Shown in pieces: positions 22,736 to 35,756 of a stretch of 64,000 bases of DNA. The stretch spans positions 180,791 to 244,790 of the forward strand of contig NIVC01001580.1 of NCBI GenBank assembly GCA_002269645.1. Direction: 5' to 3'. Position 1 is the stretch's first letter. Each line of letters begins with the position of its first letter. The notes under the pieces are model-generated. The model had not been told where the DNA came from. It was given only the letters and a program-made list of their open reading frames with translations, and searched no databases. Source of the stretch: Macrostomum lignano. Its lineage: Eukaryota. The position numbers and the translations under genes are program-made.

Positions 22736-24394
22736 TCACTCGTTCTCCTTGGCCTTGTGCTTCCGCGTCGGGTCCAAGGCATGAAGAAGGACATGCTTAA
22801 TGTCAGAGTTCACTTGCGCCTCGGTCACATTCAGGTTGCTGTTTTTTAAGGCTAGCTGTACTAGACTGTGCACAGCAGACTCTTCAAAGCGCCGCTTGTC
22901 CTTCGTTCCCTTGAACGTAAACTTCGCCAGCGCATCGGGATCAAAGAGGCGGCGGAGGAGCTGGCGGGTAGCCTCTCGGGAGGTCCTTCCGCCAAGTCTC
23001 GAGAGCTGCTGAGCCTGCAAACGATCAAGTATGGTAAGTCAAGTTAGAATGAAGCCCACAATTATGAGCGTAATAAATCTGGCAATTAAAAATACCAAGC
23101 TTTAGTAACGAGAAACCTAGCCGTATGCATTTTGGAAGCACGAAAAGTCAATGCTATTCATCCTTACCAATTTGACCAAATTTTCTTTCTTCTGCAGCCA
23201 AGCGTTTAGCTGATCGATTCCGGCATCCCCATTGACGGGAATGCTGAATGGTAGATCCTCAGCAGCCAAACGTGGGGTAAGAGTCTCTGTCAGCTGACGT
23301 GCTACGCCATCTACGATTGTCCGAATTGTGGCCAGCTCGCGGAGCACACGTCTTTCGAACGCTGCAAAAAAAGAATTGATCTCACATAAGCTGCACTCGA
23401 ATCGTTGTCCAATGATTGTAATTTACTATCAGCAGCAAAAAAGCCGCATGTTTTGGGAGTAGAACTCACATGACAATTCCATTCGCACTTCTGAACACCG
23501 TGATGTGCAACGCTGACTACCTACAGGTGTATTGACTGGTTCAGAGTTCTGACCTGCAGAATAGAACAGAGAGAATTGAGAAAACAAATTAAAAACTTGA
23601 GAAATAAATGCATGTATTTGGCACTTACTTGAATCAAGTTGAGAATAGACTTCAGAGGCTTCGATTTCTTCCCTTAGAGTTGAGAATGAGGTCGGCACAC
23701 GTTCCTTGGACAACTCATGAGTAAGGGTACAAGGCGTTGAAGCTGACGCTGACACGGAAGCTGACGCTGACACGGAAGCTGACGCTGACACTGGAGCTGA
23801 CGCTGAGGCTGACGCTGGAGCTGACGCTGAAGCCAAGACTGAAGGTGAAGCAAAAGTTGACCCTGAGATACAGGGGAAGGAAGGTGGATCTCTCAAACCA
23901 GAATTCAGATTTGCACGCTTAGGAGAATTTTCTTCGGAATCGGGTTCATTGTCAGAACTCGATTCCACCCTCTTTTTTCGTTGCCTATTGCCTTCCTCTA
24001 TGAAGCGCTTGGTCTTCGATCTTCTTCTTCTCTTGTCGAGATCAGTACTTTCGATTTCACCATCTTTAATGTAGCGGCTGAGTCTTCGTCGCGCGCAAAG
24101 TTCATCTGCTGTAATGGGTTGGTTATAAAGATGTGGAGTAAAAGTCAATCATCTTTGACTTGAATCGATCATTTGGTGCAAATAGTACTTACAGCATCGA
24201 GACAGCACAACAACAGGGTGTCTTTCCCATGTCTCTTCAGGGGTAGAAGCTCGGGTGCGCAAGGACTCCAGTTTGGACTTAGAAACTGATGGCCATAAGC
24301 ACTGCGTGAGCCCAATCATCCACGCCTCTGGAACATACTCCACTAACTTTAGACTCGAGTCTACATTGTTTTGGAACTCGACAACCAGATACAT
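22736..24394 (-). CDS. EnSpm accessory gene (multi-exon; C-terminal DUF4806-like domain)
   Basis: Exon-like ORFs at 24149-24394, 23429-24148, 23117-23347 and 22736-23020. The last reads LGGRTSREATRQLLRRLFDPDALAKFTFKGTKDKRRF, typical of accessory genes of animal EnSpm elements. Exon boundaries not resolved. Confidence 0.6.
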
Positions 24395-24409
24395 CTGAAG
24401 AGAGAGACT

Positions 24410-26425
24410 TCACTGGTGTACAACATTTATGAACATTGGGAATGCTGCCATTTTTTTACCAATAGGCAAGACACAGGCCTTGCGTTTTATGAAACAGATA
24501 GGCAAGGCTATAAAATTATGTGAGAGTGAGGCAATAAAAGAGATGTTAATTTTTGTTGAATCAAATGGATACCTGTACACAGGTGAATAACTTTCATACG
24601 GCTTGCAGAGTATCTGTACTGATTCACCATCAGGAATAAAACCAAAGATTCGGTAGCATTTGTTGGAGGAATCAAAAAAATGGGAGTCATTTTTTTGTGT
24701 TGAAAATTTTACACCAGATATTATGCATACCTTAAAGATCTGTTTGTCACGAAATGCAAGTGGAATAAAAATATCTTCAACAGCTTTGTCTCGAAGCACA
24801 ATGTTTTTTGGATTTGCCTTGCTCAATGGAAACTGGGTTGACTCAACTATTCTATTTGCACATTGGATAAGAGGATTCCTACTACCACGAATCCATCGTC
24901 TTAAAGTATGCAAGTAGTTTTCATATTTGAATGCACTAAACGAGTCCAAGCAACCAAGTACCTGACAATCAGAAGCCAAGTGAGTAAGTGAATGAACATT
25001 GTAGACCAGCATTCGAATGCCATATATTTCATGGCAGTTCCATACAAAACATTCTAGCAGCTCATTAGCATATGCAATTAGTTCCTGGGATGACAAGGGA
25101 TCACATAGTATGAAAATGGCTGAATGGAGGATAAGGAAATGTTCAAAAACTTTGGTAATATCCTTTAGACCAGTCATTGCAGCTACACCAGTATACAAAA
25201 GAAATGTGCGGTACTCTGTTGCTTTCCAGAAGGCTAGACAACTTAGGCCACGTGGCTTCCTTGCAAAGTCTGATGGGATCCAATCACGTAATAAGAGAAG
25301 AGATTGTGAAATATGACGAACAAAAATGCTGGGAAATCTTGTTTGCAATGGACCTCGGATCCAAAACTGTAATAGCCTTTTCATGACCCCAATGCAGACA
25401 AGATGCATATAGTCATAAGTAAAACACTGAACCATATCAATATTCAATTGCTCAAATGGGCTATTTGCTATATGATGGTCAGGATCAAGCCTACTCCTAA
25501 ATGAGCCATTAGTGCGAGGTACACAGTTAAGCTCATCAAATACTACATGGTTCACATATTTGCCAACAATAGTGCATCTTTCACATGCTGAGAAACCATT
25601 GTGGCCTTTAATTCCTTTGATAAAAGCCTTTGCTGGGCGATCAGCAACTATATTTCTCAATATGACTCGGTCTTCAAGGTGCTGTAGTTCTTGAATCAAA
25701 GATGCCAGGTAGAGGCCAGCATCAGGCTTCCCTGGTCCATAATACAAAGCAATGACAAAAGGTGATCCACCATCAATTGATCCCAAAATTGGCCAAAGAG
25801 AATCACTTTTGCTACGGAAAACAGCCATTCCATCAATATGTAATTCTAATTGACATTTCTTAAAAGGATTAATTTGATCAGAGAGCTGCTGCTCAATACC
25901 AAAATATACAAATTGGCCATCATTCATTAGTACAACTGGTTGGCTGCGTGGAGTACGGCGTAATGTTCTAGAAGTCTGTGGAAGATCAGGGAAATAATCT
26001 CGAAGAATTCCTAATAAATCATCAACTGCATCACTTGGAACATTTCGAACAGTTGCCCATTGAGCTAGGCGCTCTTTAAGTGATTTATCTTCTATAAAAG
26101 GTTGAAATGTCTCTTCTGACTCAAGTGCATCAAAATATTCATCCTCAGATTCTTCTTCAGGATATTCAAATGTTGTAAGATCATGTTTTTTCATCAATTG
26201 ATCTTCTAATAATAGCAAAGAAGTGGTTTCTATATTGATGTTATCATTTTCTTCTTCAGTAGGATTAGTAATAACAATAGTGTCAGAAGCACAATCCATT
26301 GGTATCTCTACTTTGGACTCATTCAAGGCTATATCAATATTTCCAACTTGACAATCCAACTCAATGTCATTAAGCATGGTTTGAAATTTTTGGTAAGCAG
26401 CCCTCTGGGTCTTCTTATAACTCAT
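24410..26425 (-). CDS. EnSpm/CACTA-type DDE transposase, 671 aa, uninterrupted
   Basis: Motifs HIDG...WPILG, ADRPA...KGHNGFSACERC, DYMHLVCIGV, WKATEYR, YNVHSLTHL and SAFKYENY. Confidence 0.9.
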   Translation of the reverse strand: MSYKKTQRAAYQKFQTMLNDIELDCQVGNIDIALNESKVEIPMDCASDTIVITNPTEEENDNINIETTSLLLLEDQLMKKHDLTTFEYPEEESEDEYFDALESEETFQPFIEDKSLKERLAQWATVRNVPSDAVDDLLGILRDYFPDLPQTSRTLRRTPRSQPVVLMNDGQFVYFGIEQQLSDQINPFKKCQLELHIDGMAVFRSKSDSLWPILGSIDGGSPFVIALYYGPGKPDAGLYLASLIQELQHLEDRVILRNIVADRPAKAFIKGIKGHNGFSACERCTIVGKYVNHVVFDELNCVPRTNGSFRSRLDPDHHIANSPFEQLNIDMVQCFTYDYMHLVCIGVMKRLLQFWIRGPLQTRFPSIFVRHISQSLLLLRDWIPSDFARKPRGLSCLAFWKATEYRTFLLYTGVAAMTGLKDITKVFEHFLILHSAIFILCDPLSSQELIAYANELLECFVWNCHEIYGIRMLVYNVHSLTHLASDCQVLGCLDSFSAFKYENYLHTLRRWIRGSRNPLIQCANRIVESTQFPLSKANPKNIVLRDKAVEDIFIPLAFRDKQIFKVCIISGVKFSTQKNDSHFFDSSNKCYRIFGFIPDGESVQILCKPYESYSPVYRYPFDSTKINISFIASLSHNFIALPICFIKRKACVLPIGKKMAAFPMFINVVHQ

Positions 26426-28398
26426 AGCTTTTTATAATAAAAAATTAATTAAAAATAAGATTATAAATAGTTTTAATGAAAACTGTTAACTATATCCTTT
26501 GGCTTTATATACTTATTAATACTAAATTATTTTAAAATATACAAAAATATTTAATAATTATTGTTGACCTATTAAACAATAAAAATAACCTTATAACCTA
26601 TCTATATCTTTTTATTTTTATTAGCCTATTCTTTATCTTTTGGCAAGTTTTACTAAGGAAATTAAGTGAGTGAGTAAATGAGTGAGTAAGTGTAAGTGAA
26701 TAAGCAAGTGAATAAGCTATAAGCACTAATATAGAATTTTAGAATTTAGGTAGGCCTAAGCTTCGATAATGTTAGGCCTAAACTAGATCTTAGGCCTATT
26801 GAAAGTTGAAATTTTTTAAATTTAAAAAAGTTAAAAATTTAAAATAGACCAGTTTACAAGTATACAAAAAATTGCATATACAATACTAGTGCCTATATAT
26901 AATATGAACCAATTATACAAAAATTTAATTTGAGTAAGTAGGCTATATAGTAAGTAGGCCTACACAAAGACAAGTATCAAACTTCAAAGGGTACAATGCA
27001 ATTTAAATGTCAATAATTATTTTTAAGAATCAATAGAAATTGGTAGATTCAGAAAATAAAGGAAAGTTTTGAAATTAAAACTGTTAAAAGGCATTAATCC
27101 ATAAAGATAGGGCGGCTTGATACCATAACACGAGCACTGAATCTGAATCTGAATATTGAGATTATTGCCCAGCTGGCTGCCACTGGCGCTAAGCCTAGCA
27201 CAGTTAAGGAGTTCTTTGACCAAATGTAAAGAATAATAATCGTAAGAATAAGTAAGATATTGGCAGTTCTATTTGAGAAAGCAAATCACTATTTGAAATT
27301 AATTCGTAAAACTTAAAAAGAGCTCATTGAACGATTAAGATCCGAAGATGTAATTAGGGAGGAAATACGTTTTGAAAATAAGCTGTCAGCCATATTTGTT
27401 AGCTGTTATTATAACAAACGTACATATGTTTATTTTTAAACATTTACTTGTAAATATAAAACAAAAATTCTTGAAATATCTTAATAGTTTTAAAAGCTAA
27501 AATAGTTTCTAATTAAAATCTTATAAAGTAAAAATATCAATCCGGGTAACTGACATCTCGCCATCATCATCCCACTTGTAATATAAATTTTGCCGACGAA
27601 AAAAATTCAGTTTTTATATCATTTTTTAAATAATTAAATGCACAGAACTTTTTGTTCCTGCCAAAACTCGCTATAGCGCGCGCGATTTGCAGTGCATTCT
27701 CTCAATCTTCGTCATTCCATGGATTCGAGTGGGATTCACCCCCAAATATCGCAATTGCAATTCGATCTCTCATGGCGATTCTCTATATGACCTGGCGGCT
27801 TTCCAAGAGGGGGACTGTATAACGGCAAATGGTTATCGCGCTGCGATGGATCGGCGAGAATTTTGCGCATCGCATGGGCGACACATAGGCGAACCTCGCC
27901 TAAAATATATCAAGGCGATACTTTGGCGATTGCGAGGGAACTTTTTTTTACACGAAAACGAATGTTATGGTTGCTTTTTAATAGACTAAAACTCACTTTT
28001 ATGGCGTAATTTGAATTCAACTGCAAGTAAAAAACAATGCGATCTTAACAAACGTAGCGATATCGCCTCGGTATCAATCGGCGATATATCGCCCCTTACA
28101 GCCCGGCGGGGAGTGAGCGATATCGAGGCGATTTTTTTGGTTATGTGGGTAGGGCTGTAGCTGGTGGGCTCATTTCGATCGTCAACTTCTTCACCAAATC
28201 TGCTTCTGCCAACTTTACTGCTCGTGTGCCACGGACACTGCTCGCTTCTTAAGTTGATGCAGAACTTTGGCTTAAGCCAACTGTAGTGCAGCAACGAATT
28301 TCTCACTGCACAGCCAGTATCTGAATCTTCAGTCGAGGGTGCTCCCAAATCTTCTAGGTTATAAACCTGTCTACCAAGCAGCTCAGTCAGGAAAATAG

Positions 28399-31280
<2,882 letters not shown>

Positions 31281-31283
<3 letters not shown>

Positions 31284-32235
31284 CTGTCTGCCTGGGAAAA
31301 TGAATGTAAAGAATACCAAGTTTATCCTTTTATTCACTTTTCACTAATCATTGAAATATTTGCGGCAAATTGCTTGACTTGACTTTATTTTTATTCAATG
31401 GAAAGAACTACATTGAGTAGACGCATGCTATCGGTATGCAACTGATTCAAGGACCGAGCTCCACTGAGAACAAAAGAGCCGCTGTGAAAAAGCAGACATT
31501 TACAAAAGTTTAAATTGAAAATTAAAGCAGAAAAGGATTCTGGTTCATATTCGGCGTTTGGGATAATTGATTTTAACATTAATAAGGAAAGTGCGGAATG
31601 AACTGGGAGCTGTCCATGAGCAGTAATAGTTTTAATTCGAACACAAATTGTTTGATGAGGCAGCAGTTGAGCCGGCACTCTCCGATGCAGCATAGCCACG
31701 AAGCGACGGGCAGCCCTTTTGGCGTCTGCGTGGGTCTTGGCACCGCAGATGCTCAGTTGCCCAGTAGGGTAGAGTAGGAGAGTCACTCTGGGAATCCGCA
31801 TCCGCTTGATGAGCACCCGGGGCCAGACGGGCCGGTAGATCACATGAGCCATGCTGAGAGCCAGTTCCCGTAGAGGCAGCTGAGCGCCCCTGCCACCATC
31901 CAGTCTCAGATCTACTCCGCCAACCAGATTGGTCACTCTTAGGGCTGTAGCTGGTGGGCTCATTTCGATCGTCAACTTCTTCACCAAATCTGCTTCTGCC
32001 AACTTTACTGCTCGTGTGCCACGGACACTGCTCGCTTCTTAAGTTGATGCAGAACTTTGGCTTAAGCCAACTGTAGTGCAGCAACGAATTTCTCACTGCA
32101 CAGCCAGTATCTGAATCTTCAGTCGAGGGTGCTCCCAAATCTTCTAGGTTATAAACCTGTCTACCAAGCAGCTCAGTCAGGAAAATAGACTTCCTTTCCC
32201 CATTTGACCAGATCGGACCACTGGCAATGCTCAGA
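31281..32235. repeat. Right copy of the 955-bp duplication flanking the LINE
   Basis: Begins at the LINE tail and ends at ...CAATGCTCAGA, the same point at which the left copy meets the LINE 5' end. Confidence 0.93.
31391..31963 (-). CDS. Polinton-encoded TATA-binding-protein-like protein (190 aa, intact copy)
   Basis: Two TBP pseudo-repeats: VTNLVGGVDL...YRPVWPRVLIKRMRIPRVTLLLYPTGQLSICGAK...AKRAARRF and YEPESFSALIF...LLFHSGSFVLSGAR, compared with TBP [34 protein letters not shown] and YEPELFPGLIY...LIFVSGKVVLTGAK. Confidence 0.85.
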   Translation of the reverse strand: MSPPATALRVTNLVGGVDLRLDGGRGAQLPLRELALSMAHVIYRPVWPRVLIKRMRIPRVTLLLYPTGQLSICGAKTHADAKRAARRFVAMLHRRVPAQLLPHQTICVRIKTITAHGQLPVHSALSLLMLKSIIPNAEYEPESFSALIFNLNFCKCLLFHSGSFVLSGARSLNQLHTDSMRLLNVVLSIE

Positions 32236-32483
32236 ATGTCTTCCGCCAGTTCCATGTACGGACGGGTTCCATCATTCCACTTAAACTGGTGCAGACTCTT
32301 AGATAGCTGTCTGTAGTAAACTCGCATGTCAGGTGAGACTCTCTCCCATGGATACGGAGGTGCGTACACATGGTGAGCAATGTGGTAGCTCCCCGCTCTG
32401 ATTTGAACAACTGCCAACTCCTTCACAACAAATTTTTTGCTTGTGCTGTTGCACGGGAATCCTTGGAAGTCAATGTAGTTCAT
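31632..32483 (-). CDS. Polinton accessory protein with a DEDD-exonuclease-like N-terminus
   Basis: IDFQGF...FVVKELAV...PPYPW...H..KWNDG...Y...LEDLG.P resembles a recurrent Polinton accessory family. The C-terminal third overlaps the TBP gene in another frame. Confidence 0.6.
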   Translation of the reverse strand: MNYIDFQGFPCNSTSKKFVVKELAVVQIRAGSYHIAHHVYAPPYPWERVSPDMRVYYRQLSKSLHQFKWNDGTRPYMELAEDILSIASGPIWSNGERKSIFLTELLGRQVYNLEDLGAPSTEDSDTGCAVRNSLLHYSWLKPKFCINLRSEQCPWHTSSKVGRSRFGEEVDDRNEPTSYSPKSDQSGWRSRSETGWWQGRSAASTGTGSQHGSCDLPARLAPGAHQADADSQSDSPTLPYWATEHLRCQDPRRRQKGCPSLRGYAASESAGSTAASSNNLCSN

Positions 32484-32512
32484 GATGCAGCTTTCCTTCG
32501 AAAATTTCGGAG

Positions 32513-33205
32513 TCAGTCCACCTTCTTATATACTTTTCTGGCAGGCAATTTCAGCCAGGCTGTGTTGCTCCCGTACCCCTTGACTAGACTCTCCTGTTCT
32601 TTCTCCAGTTCACCCCCTCTGCTGGTTGCCATTTTCTTCTTAACTGATTTACCAACAGCGGAAAGCGGAACATTAAGCTTTTTCTGCTGCAGAAAATCGA
32701 TGAACTCGTTCCACCCAACTGGTTCACGCTCACATGGCGAATCCCTCACTGCGTGCTGAATCAAGTCCAGTATGTTTGAGGAAGGGATTGACGTGCCTGC
32801 GATTTCCACCTCCCCGTTTTCACAAACTCGAATCAGCTCTGGATTGGTGGACAGGATCGTCCACAGACTGCGAGCCCTGGTTTTGAATTTCTGTGGCACC
32901 GACTTGCTGATCTTCTCTTCCCAGGTGCTTATCTGGGGTGTCTCTGTTTTCATCAACTTGGCTTCAGTATTGCGTGCTCCTTCTTTTCCAGCGTGCTTGC
33001 GCTTGGCCAGCAAACTTTGCATTGCACTTTGGTACATGGCGGTTTTCACATCTTCTGGACAATCCTCGGCATACAAGATGTCATCGCATTTCTTCTGAGC
33101 CTGCTTCAAGTCAGCTTCAGTGGTAGTCTCATTTGGCTTCAAATTCTGCATCAACATCTCATACTCTGCTTTAGGAATCAGAACCATTTCTGAAAATTTG
33201 TTCAT
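32513..33205 (-). CDS. Conserved Polinton protein of unknown function
   Basis: MVLIP..EY...VPQKFKTRARSL...GEVEIAG..IPSSNILDLI...PVGW.EF...L...NVPLS matches a family I recall from Mavericks; located within the compact operon-like block. Confidence 0.65.
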   Translation of the reverse strand: MNKFSEMVLIPKAEYEMLMQNLKPNETTTEADLKQAQKKCDDILYAEDCPEDVKTAMYQSAMQSLLAKRKHAGKEGARNTEAKLMKTETPQISTWEEKISKSVPQKFKTRARSLWTILSTNPELIRVCENGEVEIAGTSIPSSNILDLIQHAVRDSPCEREPVGWNEFIDFLQQKKLNVPLSAVGKSVKKKMATSRGGELEKEQESLVKGYGSNTAWLKLPARKVYKKVD

Positions 33206-33509
33206 TTTGCTTCTTCTTCTTTACCAGCTTAAGCAGAATCGGGAGTATTTTGATGAAGCCAGCCTTCAACAAGTCTGTCTTTCTTCTTTTGTGAGTAATT
33301 TTTCGAATTATCTCTTTTGACTTTGCAAGAACAGCTTTTTCATCGAGCGAAAACGATAGATTGTTTTGTAAGAGATTATGGCAGGCCTCGACAAGAAAAT
33401 AACGCACTTCTTTTGGACAATTTTTTATCAACAGCCGCTTGAAGCGCACGGTATATTTAGGTGACGCAAGAACCGCAAAAAGACTTGCATATGAATCAAG
33501 CACTTCCAT
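33171..33509 (-). CDS. Small basic conserved Polinton protein
   Basis: EACHNLLQNN...K..L...K..IRK...L.KAGFIKILP resembles the small CECALNxLxGN...GGFL Maverick family. Confidence 0.55.
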   Translation of the reverse strand: MEVLDSYASLFAVLASPKYTVRFKRLLIKNCPKEVRYFLVEACHNLLQNNLSFSLDEKAVLAKSKEIIRKITHKRRKTDLLKAGFIKILPILLKLVKKKKQNEQIFRNGSDS

Positions 33510-33542
33510 TGCGATGAAAACAATAGCTGATAAAAACAAGCT

Positions 33543-33929
33543 TCACTTTCTTAAGCAAATACAAGATGGGGTCGCTGGTTGGGCAGAATTCTGGCCCAAT
33601 TCTGGCAAAAAATTTCGCATTGAAGCAGAGTTTGAAGTTTCCTCTATTAAGTCATCGAAAACAACCAGGTCATTGGGCCTAAGTGCTGCCTCGATGTTGG
33701 TGGGAAATCCCTGGCGCAGCTGCACACCTAGGCTGTTCAGTTCTGCATGGCCTGCCTGTGAGATCCCATAGTACCACAGAACTCTGCCAGGCTTCACATC
33801 AAACATGACGTCTCTGTACTGGATCAGGTGTTCGACAAAGGTTGTTTTTCCTGCATTGGTGGGCCCGCAGACAATCATGCAGCTTCCCTGCCTGAGGCGG
33901 ATATCGTAGCAAACTTGCTTTTCTCCCAT
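33543..33929 (-). pseudogene. Packaging ATPase (FtsK/A32-like), apparently C-terminally truncated
   Basis: Walker A GPTNAGKT and Walker B LVVFDDL, but only 128 aa. No recognisable downstream arginine-finger half in the frames I read. Confidence 0.75.
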
Positions 33930-33952
33930 GTTTAATGCATAAATATTAGAAA

Positions 33953-34465
33953 TCACGGACATCTTTTTCTTAAGTTGGCTTCAAACCTCTGTAAGATTCT
34001 ATCATTCAAATGATTTTTCTCATTAGCATGCAAATGCTTCAAAATCCCCTCAAATGACCGATTGAACAGAAACTTTTGATAAGCAAAATAGATGCAAAAC
34101 ATTCCGCATTTATTAGAGTTAGCACATTGAACTCTGTTTATATTGCTTCGGAGCCAAAAGCCAGTTGTTTTAATCTCTCGAAACAAATTATAAACCAAAG
34201 ATAAAATTTCAGGTTCCCAGCCGAGGGAGTTGAACAACTCAATGCGATTTCCTTGCCCAACATAGCACACCACCCAGTGACCAAATGAGCCATTGTGCTG
34301 AAGTAGGACAAAAACAAACTTGTTTTCAAAGGAAATTGATGATCTAAATTTTCTTTTTACATTCAAGGGCAGAGAATTTTTATAGCGCAAATGTAAAGTA
34401 ACTATGAGAAATTTTTGGTAAGGCAAAAATTTTCTGGCGAGATTAAGTAGTTGAATTGCATCCAT
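33953..34465 (-). CDS. Adenain-like cysteine maturation protease (peptidase C5)
   Basis: GHW...ELFNSLG...VQ....NKCGMFCIYF; lies adjacent to the MCP gene. Confidence 0.88.
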   Translation of the reverse strand: MDAIQLLNLARKFLPYQKFLIVTLHLRYKNSLPLNVKRKFRSSISFENKFVFVLLQHNGSFGHWVVCYVGQGNRIELFNSLGWEPEILSLVYNLFREIKTTGFWLRSNINRVQCANSNKCGMFCIYFAYQKFLFNRSFEGILKHLHANEKNHLNDRILQRFEANLRKRCP

Positions 34466-34470
34466 GTCAA

Positions 34471-35754
34471 TTAAGAGGAATAGTCCAGCAAAAGCTCTCG
34501 GTGCTTGGTGACCTCAATCAGCGAGTCATACAGGCACATAGCAATCAGGGACACCGCTTCATTCAGAGCCTGTTGGAAGCGAATCTCCAGCCGCAGGTTG
34601 CCCTCCTTCTGTCCGTACCACAGAGCCGCTCCCTCGGGTGTGAGATCGAATGCAAACACCGTGGTGTTGTTGGAGAAGAGCTGGTAGGGGATCCACGGGA
34701 CCGAGTTTGTGTGGCTTGCAGATTGACAGCTTTTCAGGTAGTGCAAGTATTCTCTTACGAAGGAATTGTTTTCAGGTGTGAAGGCGCCGTGGCACACGGT
34801 TTCCCCACCTTTCTTTAGAGCCAATCGGCTAAGGTTGAAGCTCTGGAACTGTAACGGGCTCGCGTGATGATGACCGTTGAATGCTCGGTGGCTCACGAAG
34901 GCCAGCATGATGAACTTCGGCAATTTTCCATGAGTGAATCCTTCAATGTTTTTTGACTGAATACCCTGGGGTAGGATGAAGTTCTGCATTTCAGTTCGCT
35001 CGATGGGATACAGTGCATTTTGGTTTGTCAGCCCCTGCTCATGGGCCAGGCTGATGTGGGGCATCACTTTGACTCGGCGAAGATGCAGAATGCTGTGAGA
35101 GATTTCCATTCGGTATGCCGCGTTGTTTGCATTCGGGGTTCTGATGGCAAAGGCCCCATCGCTGGGGACCAGTTTGATGTGCAGGTGCAGATTGCTTAGC
35201 AGAAACACTGGGCACTGGAAAACATCGCTGAAGAGCGGCCCCGCATACTCCATCCATTGGGATTCCCTGTGGCTCTCCGTGTGCTCTTCAGCTGCCGAGT
35301 TCGGCTCCAGGAAGCCAGCAGGGTAAAGTTTTAGTTGCTGGGCATCGGATGAGCTCATTAGTGCTTTGAAGTACGCATGGTAGGGATAGAGCTGGTCTCC
35401 ACCAGACACCACTCGCTGGTTAATGCTCACAATTACATCTGAGAAGGCTGTAGACAGAACAAAATTTTCTGGGTGCACGTCACTGTCTCTGCGCTCGGTG
35501 ATGATGCCATCTCCATCTCGAACATCCTCCCTCAGCAAACCCCCATCCAGTCTCACAAGGCGGCAGCGAATATAAAGAAAAGAATTAAGCAGATCTGTAT
35601 ATTCATCGGCAGATTGGTGGCAGTCAAATTCAATGGGAGAGTTTGCAACAATGGAATTAACTGGGTGAATATCAACATAAGTAGCTTTTTCAATGCAGGT
35701 TTGTAGAACGGGCGTCTTAAATAAATCAAGTCTGGGATTGAATCCGTAAGCCAT
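34471..35754 (-). CDS. Major capsid protein (double jelly-roll, hexon-like/PY)
   Basis: LDLFKTP..QT.IE...DIHP...PIEF; LYPYHAY; GPLFSDVF; LRRVKV; YPIERTE; GKLPK....V...FNG....P..FQ.FNL; FAFDLTP; GNLRLEIRF. Confidence 0.92.
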   Translation of the reverse strand: MAYGFNPRLDLFKTPVLQTCIEKATYVDIHPVNSIVANSPIEFDCHQSADEYTDLLNSFLYIRCRLVRLDGGLLREDVRDGDGIITERRDSDVHPENFVLSTAFSDVIVSINQRVVSGGDQLYPYHAYFKALMSSSDAQQLKLYPAGFLEPNSAAEEHTESHRESQWMEYAGPLFSDVFQCPVFLLSNLHLHIKLVPSDGAFAIRTPNANNAAYRMEISHSILHLRRVKVMPHISLAHEQGLTNQNALYPIERTEMQNFILPQGIQSKNIEGFTHGKLPKFIMLAFVSHRAFNGHHHASPLQFQSFNLSRLALKKGGETVCHGAFTPENNSFVREYLHYLKSCQSASHTNSVPWIPYQLFSNNTTVFAFDLTPEGAALWYGQKEGNLRLEIRFQQALNEAVSLIAMCLYDSLIEVTKHRELLLDYSS

Positions 35755-35756
35755 GT

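Larger units (their letters stand above)
22286..28149 (-). mobile_element. CACTA/EnSpm (CMC superfamily) DNA transposon, 5864 bp
   Basis: 33-bp TIRs CCCACATAACCAAAAA(T/A)ATCGCCTCGATATCGC with 1 mismatch; TA target duplication (22284-85, 28150-51; the empty site is visible at 31940); subterminal GATATCGCC repeats; transposase plus a second gene. Confidence 0.92.
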
